Positions 1-10,907 of a stretch of 64,000 nt of DNA are shown piece by piece. The stretch is from Selaginella moellendorffii (lineage: Eukaryota; Plantae; Lycopodiophyta): NCBI RefSeq assembly GCF_000143415.4, contig NW_003314266.1, positions 1,572,463 through 1,636,462 of the forward strand. The letters are read 5' to 3'. Numbering within the stretch: position 1 is the stretch's first letter; the number at the start of each line of letters is the position of its first letter. The notes under the pieces were generated by a model. The model was not told where the DNA came from, made no database searches, and saw only the letters and a program-made list of their open reading frames with translations. Both the position numbers and the translations under genes were made by a program.

Positions 1-1331
1 GCTGCCCCTCCTAGTTTTCCTTGCTCAATGCAACACACTCAAATACCAAGGTAGCTTTAAATTAAGGATGTATTACAATGGCAAATCTTCAAAAGATCGC
101 ATTCCTTCTGTTTAAGTACAATTAAAAATCCACACCTGGAAACAAAAAATACATCTAAATGAAAGTGTCACTTTGCAAGAAAGAAGTTCTCTTGAATCAT
201 AGAAGTGTTGTTAGAAGAAAACAAATCCGTTGCCATGGAGCTGCCGGCAGCAGCCTCACTTTGGTGCTGGCAACATCACGTTCACCTACAACATGAAGTT
301 GAATTGATAATTGTCACATGGTTGGTACCAAGCACCATCAAGATACCTATCCTAGAATAGAAGCAGCATCCTGTCAGTATCCTATCAAGGGCCTGTAGAG
401 TAACATCTAGATTATCCACAAACTTGTTCTTCCTTTTCCAATCCCTTCGAGCCAAGCAAGCCAAGCCGAGAACTGGATCATGTTGGGGGGATAGCATGCC
501 TGATCATGGAACGCTCTCTCTTGCCACCTCTAGAAATCAACATTACTGGAGGAGAATCCATCACCATTCCATGATGGGTCTGTCAATACGTCAGCACGCT
601 CTTCACCCAAGGGGCCAAAAGGGAGAAGCCTTGGATTGAACATACCATCACCGCCAAGCCCCAGCATTGCAAGGAGCGCCCCTTTGTCGCTCATCCAGCC
701 CTCCATTACAGGAACTACAGGAACATCGTTCTCACAATAGACCCTGCACGAAGGAAACAACACGATTAAGAAAAGAAATAAAGTAGTTGTACACTGGCTG
801 AGACAGAAAAAGCTTTGGATCAAGGAGAAAAAGTTCTTCGATGAGAGGAGAAGACTAGCATGCCCCAGTCTTACCTGCCCATGCACGTCTAATTCACTAT
901 AAAGTGTGTTAAGGCTGCTGTGCGAGATTAGTGTAAAGTTAGTGACAGAGCAAAGAGCGGTGTTGAGGCTAAATTTGTACCTAGCATCGCCGGCTCACTC
1001 CCGCCTGCCCATGGTCCAAAACCACCCGGCTGGCCTAAGGCTGGCCCGCCGGGTATAATGTCACAGCTCGATTGAAAAAAAATAGTACCGCCTTTGCGAG
1101 TTTAAATAATCTTAAGCTTCTTAGTTAAGCCTTAAAAACAATTCACAAGCTGACTTTTTATTTTAACAATCTTTAGTACAACTCGAAAGTAATACTGATT
1201 TATTGCGATGAGAAAATTAGACACATGCTAATGATGCTATGCTTTGCAGAAGAGAACTTATTGGATTTGTGGCAATTTTATGCTGTGAAAATGCATGGAA
1301 AACCACTTCATAAAGTGAGTTTTCCAAGCTA

Positions 1332-1943
1332 CTAATATGGCTTCTGTCCAACCCAGTTACCAGGTGGATCATAGTTACAACTCACAAGCAGCGCATTTCC
1401 TGGACATGTGATAGAAGCACACCCCACTCTCTGGGTGTTCCTCCAGACAACTTGGGTGTAATGCCCACAAACCTTACCAGCGGCACAGCTATTCGTTGCA
1501 TACGTATAGTCTGTCCTCTCGCTCACCCATGACTTCACGGCTTCCGCAGGATTTGGTGGTGGCAATCCAGGACTTCCCTGCCATTTGTATAAATTTTCTC
1601 CATATGCTCTGTTACCGGAGTGAACCAGGCCGCAATTTTTCGTGTCTCTCAGGCTTGTGATCCATTGCGTTGCAAATGCCGCGGCGTCAGTGCTCCAGGA
1701 GAGAGGAGGGATTCTTGGAGATGTCGAAACGGAAGCTCTGGCGGAGTTGTGAGCGTCGAGGAAATCACTCTGGGTGCTTGCAAGGATTGAGTAGAAGTCA
1801 CTTTGGGTGTTTGCAAGGATTGAGAGGATATCACTCTGGGTGCTTGCGAGGATTGAGAGGGTGCCATAGATCAACAGGGCAAGGAAACTAGAGAGGAAGA
1901 ACTTACTAGAGATGAACATGGCTAAGCTATAATCTAAGTACAT
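1332..1943 (-). CDS. PR1: Pathogenesis-related protein 1 (CAP/SCP family), secreted, intronless
   Basis: Hydrophobic N-terminus, then FLDAHNSARA, YGENL, CGHYTQVVWRNT, VGCA, and the C-terminal CNYDPPGNWVGQKPY (CAPE-type peptide motif). Confidence 0.95.
   Translation of the reverse strand: MYLDYSLAMFISSKFFLSSFLALLIYGTLSILASTQSDILSILANTQSDFYSILASTQSDFLDAHNSARASVSTSPRIPPLSWSTDAAAFATQWITSLRDTKNCGLVHSGNRAYGENLYKWQGSPGLPPPNPAEAVKSWVSERTDYTYATNSCAAGKVCGHYTQVVWRNTQRVGCASITCPGNALLVSCNYDPPGNWVGQKPY
1762..1860 (-). repeat. Three in-frame 33-bp tandem repeats (11 aa, xxSILAxTQSD) in the PR-1 N-terminus
   Basis: Units aaatcactctgggtgcttgcaaggattgagtag / aagtcactttgggtgtttgcaaggattgagagg / atatcactctgggtgcttgcgaggattgagagg. 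Confidence 0.9.
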
Positions 1944-2379
1944 GAAGTTTTATAGCAAGAACAAGTTCGATTGAAATGGTCTCGAGCAACGCAACATGAC
2001 GAACATTCCGTGACGATCATCCTTAGAAGTTGAAAGGAGGGTGGAATGTTCAGCCCTCGATTTACGCTCCTTGCAATCGCGGCCGTCCACGCTGAAGAAA
2101 TGCAGCGCTGTTTCAATCAGAAATAAAAAAAGGCAAAATTCGTAGAACAAAAGGGCAAATAGTAACATTTTAGAAGTTTAGTTTGACTTCTCTCCTCTAA
2201 CTTAGACTCATTGTTGTTATTACTCACGTTCTGCTGACCAATGCTTCTGATTGTGATTGCAGCAATTGTAAAAAAGAAGCCGTTTTGGATTTTACATGAT
2301 TTAAAACAAATAATTATTAACGTATGCAGAAAACCTAGTCAAAATTTTTTCTTAATCTGTAAGTTAGCTTTGATAGAAT

Positions 2380-2650
2380 TTGTGGAGTTCCTCCTCCGAG
2401 TTCTTGGATCTAAAACAGCCCTGATTTCTCCACACTTCATCCTCGACCTCCCTCGCCATGAAGATCACTTACTCCTTCGCCACCTCGGCCTTGAACGCGG
2501 CCATAGACGGGGATGTTGAGAATGGCCAAAGACGACAGTTGCGCCCATTCCCGGCCCAAGATTTCCACTAGAATGGATCGAAAAAGTCTAGCTCGTGTTA
2601 TACAGGGGAGGATGACGTCTTTGATACGGCAGCGAGGCTGGGATTTCTAA
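2380..2650. pseudogene. Highly deleted remnants of the RtcA-like (-) and uL23-like (+) sequences; paralogous to 7250-8090
   Basis: ttctccacacttcatcctcgacctccctc (~2425) matches ~7310; gatgacgtctttgatacggcagcgaggctgggatttcta (~2611) matches 8041-8079. Confidence 0.75.
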
Positions 2651-2760
2651 TCTTACAAGTTATCCAATCTCGACGCACGAGTTCTTTGACTGTCGTCTTC
2701 TGTGAAATAGAAAGCTATTCGTGTCGCGTATGTTTTTACTGAGGGTTTCTAAAATACACG

Positions 2761-4688
2761 ATGGCGAGCATTGGTGAATTTGAACGAGCTTGTGAGAATG
2801 GAACTTCGGTCCAGGAGGAGCTGCTGGTCGGCATTCTCCGCAAGAATGCAAGCACCCATTATCTCCAGAAGTTTGGGAGCCCCCAAACTCCAGCTGCTTA
2901 CAAATCCCAGGTTCCAATCGTATCCTATGAGGATGTCGCCGGAGAGATTGAAAGGATTGCATCCGGGGACGAGAGCCCAGTTCTTTGTCAGGACCCAATT
3001 ATTTGCTTTTTCGCGAGGTAAGAATGTCTTTGCCGGAAGAACAAAGAAAAATCTCTCTTTTTCTAGTTTAATTGTCAAAATTTTCTAATTCCAGCTCCGG
3101 CACATCATCTGGGAAGCACAAGATTATTCCAGTCACTGCTGAGAATATGTCCGCCACATGGAGAGCAGTAGAACTTTCCAGTGCTTACAAAGCAAGGTAT
3201 TTTGCTAATCTCAATTTCTCTTGTGAAGAACTTTGATGGTTTTGTGGAAATCTTTTAGATGTTTCCCGGAGCTTGGAAGTGGGAGAGTGCTCGGTTTGTA
3301 CTACTGCATCGATCAATTTCATACCAAGGCAGGGATCTTGGTGGGAGCTGGCACCACTTACACGATCAAGAACTACAGAAGCTTCTCAAGTAAGTTCACG
3401 ACTCCGTACGAGATGATCGTGTCCGGGTCAAACTGGCGGGAGCTGACGTACTGCCACTTGCTGTGTGGCTTGATCCAGCGAGACGCGGTGGAACACATCG
3501 AGTCGATGTTTGCCTACACCATCTGCGAGTCTCTGAGGATCCTCGAGAGCGATTGGGAGGAGATTTGCAACGACATAAGAACTGGCAGCTTGATCAGCGG
3601 CAAAGTCACACACGCAAAGCTCCAAGAAGCTTTCGCGAGTTTAATTCTGGATTATAACGAGCTGGATCGTGTCCGCAATGCCGAGGCCATCACCAAGATT
3701 TGCAGCAGAAAATCATGGTCTGGAATTCTTTCCTTGCTCTTCCCGCGAGCAAAACTGGTTTCCACAGTGGTGACCGGGGGGATGGCACACTTTGTTCCTG
3801 AGTTAAGAGATTACGCAGGTGTCAAGCTTCCAATATCCGGGAAGGATTACTACTCGTCTGAGGGAGTTCTTGGGATCAACACAAACCCCGCTTCTCCTCC
3901 TGAGGAAGTCGTCTTCACAATTTTACCACACATAATGTACCACGAGTTTCTTCCGATCGGTGCTAATAATCCAGCTGGTGAAATCCTGGCTCCACACGAG
4001 GTTGTCGTTGGGCAAGAGTACGAGATCGTCATCACGAACTTCGCAGGTTTGCCATCTTCTATCTTTTCTTGCAAATTTCTCACCCGAAGTGTTCTCTTTT
4101 CTTTAAGGATTATATCGATACCGAGTCGGGGACGTGGTGAAAGTATCGAGTTTTTTCCATGGAGTTCCTCAGCTGGCTTTCAGCCACCGCAAGAACGCGG
4201 TTCTGAGCGTCCAAAATGAGATGGTCGACGAGCAAGAGCTCCAAAATGTGGTGATGGAAGTATCAAAAGATTCAGGGATCGAGGTGGCGAACTTCACAGC
4301 CTATGGCAATTCCACCGCTGTTCCTGCGCACTACGTGATCTTCTGGGAGCTCAAACGCAGAGAAGGGATCAAGAGAGAGCTCTTGGAGAGATGCTGCTCG
4401 AGTATAGACAGGTCTTTCAATCCGGGATACACTGGAAAGAGGCTGGATGGAGTGATCGACTCGCTGGAGCTGGTGATTGTCAGGGAAGGGACGTTTGAGA
4501 GGCTGATGGAGGAAGCTGTGAGGAATGGAACATCGCCAGCGCAGTATAAAACTCCAAGGTGTGTGACCTCTCCAAGAATGCTGGAAGCTCTAGAGTCTGG
4601 ACGCGTCCAGAGCTACAAGAGTGGGGAGATGCCTAGATCTGTGTTAGAGAGCTGGGAGCCAAGCTTTCCACAAGGCAGTGCATCGTGA
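2761..4688 (+). CDS. GH3: GH3-family acyl-acid amido synthetase, 4 exons (2761-3017, 3095-3196, 3259-4046, 4108-4688; 575 aa)
   Basis: The spliced frame gives FFASSGTSSGKHKIIP (motif I), DYYSSEG (motif II), GLYRYRVGD (motif III) and C-terminal QYKTPRC. Exon sum 1728 nt is in frame. Confidence 0.93.
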
Positions 4689-4749
4689 GATGCCTAGAAT
4701 ATACCTGAAAAAGCATCCACATTTGTTTCCAACAGAAGTCCATGTGCCC

Positions 4750-7150
4750 CTCACCTCATTTTGTATCAAGCAACTGGCTGAGATTTTTAAGAACAAACAT
4801 AGTTAAGGTAGCAAAATCATAGTCAATGCATACATTGGGCCAATTTCATCAGTTCTTAACTTGTTTTGTTCAGCCCTTGAGGTTTTCAAAGGTATAACAG
4901 AATACAACCATTAAAACTTGATTTGAATCATTGAAGCTGGAGGAGATTTAGTTGTGACAATTGCGAATCCACCGCCACAGCTAAGATGGCTAATCTTCTA
5001 AAAAATTGCATCAACAAGAACATTGTTGCTGAAAAGATTGAGCTCTTGGTGGAGTTGCTATGTTTATTCCATTATCTTCCCCACTATCAACAAGATCCCA
5101 TTGGAAAAAAAATCCTGTCCCAATTTCACCAGCGTCACAAGACATTATGAATCTTAGCAACATCTGGTTAAACCAAAAGAAAATTCTGAATGAGAAACAA
5201 TGCAATGTACTTGAGTGTAGGATTTGGTTCTGAAGTTCATCCTAGAAATCTAGAGGCAAGGTTAAGTTTCCATTAAGAATGTGTGCTGCGTTGACGAGAT
5301 CATTCTCATCAAAGGGAGCTTGTTGATTCGTTGGCAATGTCATCTCAGAGATAAATGCCAAGAATCCTAGTAAAACTTGCTTCATGTTCTATGTTGATGT
5401 CTTTGCTGTGACTAGTTCAAAACCTTAAGCTGCTTGACCATGTAGAGATCTTTAGCTTGTTGGTACTGAAGTTGTAATTTTCAACTGAAGTTCCTATCTA
5501 TTATAGGGCTTCCTCTAGCACTCTCCACTCTCATCTAGAAAATTTTTGCCAAAAATCCCATATCTAGTCTTGTGGGATTTTCAGTAACCCACTTACCCAT
5601 ACTTGTGATGGAATACTTGGATACAAACTTGTTACTTGCCACTCAGGAACTTTATACCCATTGCAAAGTAATGAAGCATGTGTAAATCTAGGGTAAGTTA
5701 TTGATCACCACAGCCTCAAAAACATCTGCTAGAACTTCCGAAATTTCGGCATGCAGTCACTCTTTATTAGTAAATCACATATTTCTACCACTAAAAGCTT
5801 GAAAGGAATTTATGAGTGGTTTGGCGAATTTGCTCACCTATTGAAGTGTTGAGACAGATATTTCTTCCATGATGATGTCTGTAAACATGATGGACCATGC
5901 ATGTAAAGCATTGGTGACCACCTCCGTCTCCAAGAAGAGAATGCAATACATAATAAACTTAATGACAACTCAAGGATCTCTCAATACCATATGCTAACTT
6001 CCACATCCTTGCAAAGCTTTATTCTACCTGGCATCACCAATGGAAATGCACCAGCCATCCATACCACATTTTGCATGGTGTTTAATGGCTCCCACATGCA
6101 TGGGGCAGGTCCTTCTCAAATGCAAGCCTGCATCCCTACACTCGTTGCATACTGTGTAGAGTAACACAATTGTGCATAAGCAATTGAGCTGCATCTTCAC
6201 TGTAAGGATTAAGAACATTATGTAAACCTTTATGAATATGCTTTTATTTCTTATAAGGAAAATTCATTTCATATATATCAAAGTATTCAAGCAAAATAAG
6301 TTGCATTTCACATGTAGCTTATTTTGTTAGCCCCTCAAAGTCTTATATATCATCATCCACCACCAACTGATTACCGACAAATATGCAATACACAAAGTAC
6401 AACAAAGGGGAAAACAAGTTTGAACATGGATACAAAGCTTATGAACTCAAAGCCAAGGACATAAAACCCATGAATTTGGAGCCAAGACAAGCCTATATTT
6501 GTATAAAATGTTTTAAATCTAAAAAATAAGTCTTCAATGAGTATCTTGATTTATGCATTTTGTTTAATAATGGCTACAAAGCCTATATAGCTTTATCATG
6601 GTAGTAGGCACATCATGTTCTCTTTATGCTCTACTACTTCAAGTAATTTATGTGAAGAGTAGGATATATTTTATATCAGGATGGGAACATTGTGTTAACT
6701 CACTTTTGTGCCAAAGCGAAATGCCTACCAATGCTATAAAGTTCATAGCTAATCTCCTATGATGACAAGCTAGTTGATTGTCATTTCTTACTTACATATA
6801 ATGCATATTTTGAATAAAGAATTGTATTTATAATCAATGCTCACCCTTCTACTTTTTGAAACCTGCACACACATGATAAATTTGATGCCTAAATTGAGAC
6901 AAAAAATCACATACCTTAACACAACATCCACAATGGAGGCATTATGAACAAATTATTGCACTTGTGTTTGCACAATTAGTCTTCACCCACCAATCAATCT
7001 TTTCCCTCAAACTCCTCAAAACCTACACATACAATAAAGGATCAAATGTATTGCAACACATATCTTTGCAAGAGAATAAGAGAGTGGCAAGCAAGAAATG
7101 ACCTAGCAAAGAGATATATGTTGCAACATCATTGCATGCACCCATAAATG
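4750..7150. mobile_element. AT-rich, gene-free stretch; probable degenerate transposon relics (family not determined)
   Basis: No spliced gene evident, only stop-riddled short ORFs; composition differs from flanking genes. Confidence 0.35.
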
Positions 7151-7249
7151 CTTGAGATGGCAAATTGAGTAAAAACACCTCTATAAGTTAGCTTGAATTG
7201 GAATTTGTGGAATATTATAAACATGATATGCCATCAGGAGAAGTTCCTC

Positions 7250-7810
7250 CTCCAAGTTCTTGGATAAGTGGCTTGCAAAATGAATGGCGGTCCTTGTGTG
7301 GAGTGAGATTTCTCCACACTTCATCCTCAACCTCCCTCTCGCCAGCACCACGAAGATAATTACTTGATCCTGCAAAAACTCGTCCATGAAGATCTCCCCT
7401 CAAGCTGCTCCACCATCTTCGCCAGTGCTGCTGCCACCATCCCTTCCTGGAGCTCCGCTTCCTGCCCGTCAGCACCGACGCTCCAAGCCAGTGCCCATTG
7501 CTCGTCTCCACATCAAGCACCACCTGCATTCGACGCTCTCCCGAAAACTCGCTCTCCATCGCCAACGCCAGCTTCTGGCAGCCCTGGATCTCTTTGGAAC
7601 CTCAGCCTCGAACGCTACACGCTCCGGACACGTATGCCGTACACTTCGTGACGGCCCCGCGCAGGTACGCGCGGGCATGACCCCTGCCTCTCCTCGCACA
7701 CCTCCACAGCGCGACAAACCTTGCTAAAGTTGGCAGGAAGACGCGCTTGAGGTACTGGAAAGGTGGCGAGAATGGTGCCACCCTTGAGGGCGAAGGTGGA
7801 GCTGCCGGTC
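7250..7810 (-). pseudogene. RTCA: Frameshifted C-terminal half of a class I RNA 3'-terminal phosphate cyclase (RtcA/RTCA-like)
   Basis: Successive frames read STFALKGGT / PFSPPFQYLKRVFLPTLARF / VVLDVETSNGHWLGASVL / DEFLQDQVIIFVVLARG..GEISLHTRTAIHFA, resembling RTCA LKGGTN..APQIDY..VFKP, AETSTG and DEYLQDQLIVFMALA..VTLHTQTAIHFA. N-terminus absent; several frameshifts. Confidence 0.8.
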
Positions 7811-7825
7811 TTGGTCCAGGTTTCA

Positions 7826-7834
7826 AAACCCTAA
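7826..7834 (+). promoter_or_regulatory. Telo-box (AAACCCTAA) just upstream of the uL23-like ATG
   Basis: aaaccctaa at 7826-7834, ending 11 nt before ATG 7846. Telo-boxes are typical of plant ribosomal-protein/housekeeping genes. Confidence 0.55.
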
Positions 7835-7845
7835 ACTAATCAAAC

Positions 7846-8094
7846 ATGGGGTTCCTGATTCAGTGCCCGGTGGTGAGCTTCGAGGATGCCGCGAAGAGAA
7901 ATACTCTTGGTTTTCTAGTGAGTATTGGCGCGAACAAGGCTGAGATCAAGCGGGCTGTGATGGAGCAGTACGGATTGTCCCGGGTCAAGAGCGTTCGGAC
8001 ACGTATACAGGGGAAGGACAAGTTTGCGTATGTTGTGGTGGATGACGCCTTTGATACGGCAGCGAGGCTGGGATTTCTAGGAACAAACCACTGA
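7846..8094 (+). CDS. Divergent minimal ribosomal protein uL23 (L23a/L25-like), core domain only, intronless
   Basis: IQCPVVS..NTLGFLVSIGANKAEIKRAV..Y..VKSVRTRI..KFAYV..DAFDTAARLGFL aligns with the eukaryotic/archaeal uL23 core (NTLVFIVD..ANK..IK.AV..KKAYV..DALDVANKIG). No N-terminal extension. Confidence 0.7.
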   Translation: MGFLIQCPVVSFEDAAKRNTLGFLVSIGANKAEIKRAVMEQYGLSRVKSVRTRIQGKDKFAYVVVDDAFDTAARLGFLGTNH

Positions 8095-8203
8095 TTTCCA
8101 ATATTTGAATGGAATAAAGTTTATTGGGAATACGAGTTCTTTAAATTGTCCTCTTCGGTGAAATAGAAAGCTATTCGTGTCACGTTTATCAGTTTAATAC
8201 ACG

Positions 8204-8854
8204 ATGGCGAACGTTGGCAAGAATGGAGCTTCGGTCCAGGAGGAGCTACTGGGGGGGCGGAAGAAAGGTATCTCCAGAAGTTTGGGAGCCCCCAAATTCC
8301 CAATCTTAACCTGGATGTCGCAGGAGAGATTAAAAGGATTGCGTCCGGGAGGGCCAGTTCTTTGTCACGAGGTCGCTTGACACGAGGTTGTCACTGGGCA
8401 AGAGTACGAGATCGTCATCACAAACTTCGCAGGTCTTAGTTTCTATCTTTTTCAACTTTTCTTCCTTTCTTTTTTTCTCAGGATTATATCGATACCGAGT
8501 CGGGGACGTGGTGAAAGTATCGAGTTTCTTCCATGGAGTTCCTCAGCAAACTCAGAGAAGAGATCAGGAGAGAGCTCTGGGAGAAATGCTGCTCGAGCAT
8601 AGACAGGTCTTTCAATCCGGGATACACTGGAACTGGTGATTGTCAAGGAAGGGACGTTTGAGAGGCTGATGGAGGAAGCTGTGAGGAATGGAACATCGCC
8701 AGCGCAGTATAAATCTCCAAGGTGTGTGACCTCTCCAAGAATGCTGGAAGTTCTAGAGTCTGGACGCGTCCAGAGCTACAAGAGTGGCGAGATGCCCAGC
8801 TCTGTGTTAGAGAGCTGGGAGCCAAGCTTTCCACAAGCCAGGCAAAAAAATTAA
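8204..8854 (+). pseudogene. Collapsed GH3 duplicate with multiple internal deletions
   Basis: Blocks nearly identical to 2761-2990, 3995-4170, 4355-4435 and 4470-4675 are joined with large deletions and frameshifts. Confidence 0.9.
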
Positions 8855-8986
8855 GTCATTGGAAGTCAAACAAGGTTGAATAATGCCATGAACTTGACCT
8901 AAAGTTACTGACACGTGTTTATTTTATTTACCTGTAGCATGATTACATCAAAATAAAGAATCTTTTTACAAGTCTAGGGCTAGAGA

Positions 8987-9271
8987 ATGGGCGCTGTGAC
9001 CACGGCCGTGATCGCGATCGCGGGGATTCTACTCGGATGGGCAGCGATCGAAATGGCTTGCAAGCCGTGCTTGGAGAGAGGAAGATCTTCGCTGGCGAAA
9101 TCGCTCAATCCGGACTACGATCCAGACGACGAACTGGATGCCCAGCGCCCGGCGGTGACAAAGAAAGACGAAGAGGAGGAGGAGGGCGATGGCGATCGTG
9201 GCATTGAGGAGCTCGAGGCCGGGGGTAGCGCCAGCATTGACGACGAGAAGAAGCCACTCACAAAGAAATAA
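8987..9271 (+). CDS. OEP7-like small plastid outer-envelope membrane protein
   Basis: AVIAIAGILLGWAAIEMACKPCLERGR...NPDYDPDD matches the OEP7-family signature LGWxxIExxxKPxL..DPDD; acidic tail. Confidence 0.85.
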   Translation: MGAVTTAVIAIAGILLGWAAIEMACKPCLERGRSSLAKSLNPDYDPDDELDAQRPAVTKKDEEEEEGDGDRGIEELEAGGSASIDDEKKPLTKK

Positions 9272-9468
9272 AAGCTCTCGATCCTCGCCCTCTTTGTAAG
9301 TAAACGAAGTTCTCCTGCGAAGAACACATCCAATCTATTGTATTGTCTCTACAATCTGGGCATTCTTCCCTCTCCTTGGGCGTCCAGACTCTTAGATCGT
9401 CCAACAAGAGAGATCACACACCTCGGATCTCTCCATTTCTTCTCAAACGAGCCATAAACCCTAAACCT

Positions 9469-10836
9469 ATGATGCTTTCTTCCTCCGCGAATGCGGTGCT
9501 TCCCAGCGCTCGGCCGGGCCGCTCACACCAGCTGCCAAGATTTCGCGCTTCCCGGGCAGCGATTTGCTGTAGGAATCACGGCAGCGGGAGCGCGAAGGTG
9601 GAGAGATCGACCGGTCGATTGAGCAGGGATGCAGGGATTTTGCTCGGCACTGCGGCGTTTTGCCTGGTCTCGGGATTCAGCGTCAGCGATTTCGCTCGAG
9701 CTGAGGCCGTCCCGCCCGTCGACGATGTGGCTGGGTTGCCGGCGTCCGCGATTCCAGATCTCGCCAAGAAGAAGAGGGCGGTAGCCGAGAAGCCAGGGAA
9801 GAGCTCAAAGGTTCCGTCCAGGGTTCTTCGCGCAAAGGCCAATGAGAGGACGCTCAAGGCGGTGCTAAAGACGATCGAGGAGGAGCCGGGCAACTTGGTG
9901 GCTTACAAGGCTTTGCTCTCGCTCAGGATGGAGAATGGCGAGGTGAGGGAGGCGATTGAGGTTCTGGGAAGGATGATCGAGTTGGAGCCAGAACATCTCG
10001 AGTATAGATTCATGAGAGCCAGAGCTTACGGGCTTGTTGGGGATGTGAGACATTCCAGGGAGGAGTTCCGGGAGCTTGTGGAAATCCAACCTTTCTCCGC
10101 GAAGGCTTTGCAAGTCAGTGAGTGATCGATCGTTTTCTTTCGAGTTCTTAGAAGCACCATTGTGTTTTATGCTCCAGGGACTGGCTTTAGCTATGGAGAA
10201 AGATGGAGAAGACGACTCCCAGGTTCTAGAGATGATCCATGCCGCCATAAAAAATGCGATTGATCAGCAGCAAAGCTTTGCAGCTCGCAACTTTAAGATG
10301 CTTCTCGGCCAGATTCTTACGTCTCAGGTACTAGAACAAGCTTTCTTCGTCCCTGTCTAGCTTCGTGAGATTTTTCTTTCCTTGTTCTAAGCTCCAGTGG
10401 TGGATTTCTTCCAGGAGAAGCTGACACAGGCTCTCGAGCAGTACGAGGAACTGACCAAGGAAGATCCATCCGACTTTCGTCCATATCTCTGCCAGGTGAG
10501 TGACGAAGAACTTCACGAGAACTTCTAAGTTCCTCGATTAGCTCTCAAAGTTTCTGACTTATCCAACGATTTCTCCAGGGACTGCTCTATGATTCTCTCG
10601 GCGAGAAAGAGAAGGCCAAGGAATGCTACAAACGATTCAAGGAGCTCTGCCCCGAGAGCTTTCCACAGCGCAAGTACCTCGACGATCTCCTGGTGAGAGG
10701 GAGCTATGGCGCTCGCGTGAGAGAAGAAGAGAAGGAAGGAAAGCTCGCCTCGATGCAACAGCCAAAACTAACGATGCAAGACATGGCACAAGCAAGCAAG
10801 GGGAAAGAAAATAAGAGCGAATATGCTTCGAAGTGA
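9469..10836 (+). CDS. Plastid TPR protein, SLOW GREEN1-like (4 exons)
   Basis: Transit-peptide-like N-terminus and TPR repeats. Spliced C-terminus RNFKMLLGQI..EDPSDFRPYLCQGLLYDSLGEKEKA..P; stop at 10834-10836. Confidence 0.8.
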
Positions 10837-10907
10837 GAAGGAATCTAGGTCGAAAACTAGAGACGGCGACGCCGCGAGCGGGATTCCCTGGTCTGTGGGG
10901 CGGATTG

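Noticed and set aside
200-1070. Short ORFs and a GC-rich CCCG/GGC-motif block at 985-1070
   Set aside because: May be a DNA-transposon subterminal region, but no partner terminus or transposase motif could be supported in the window.
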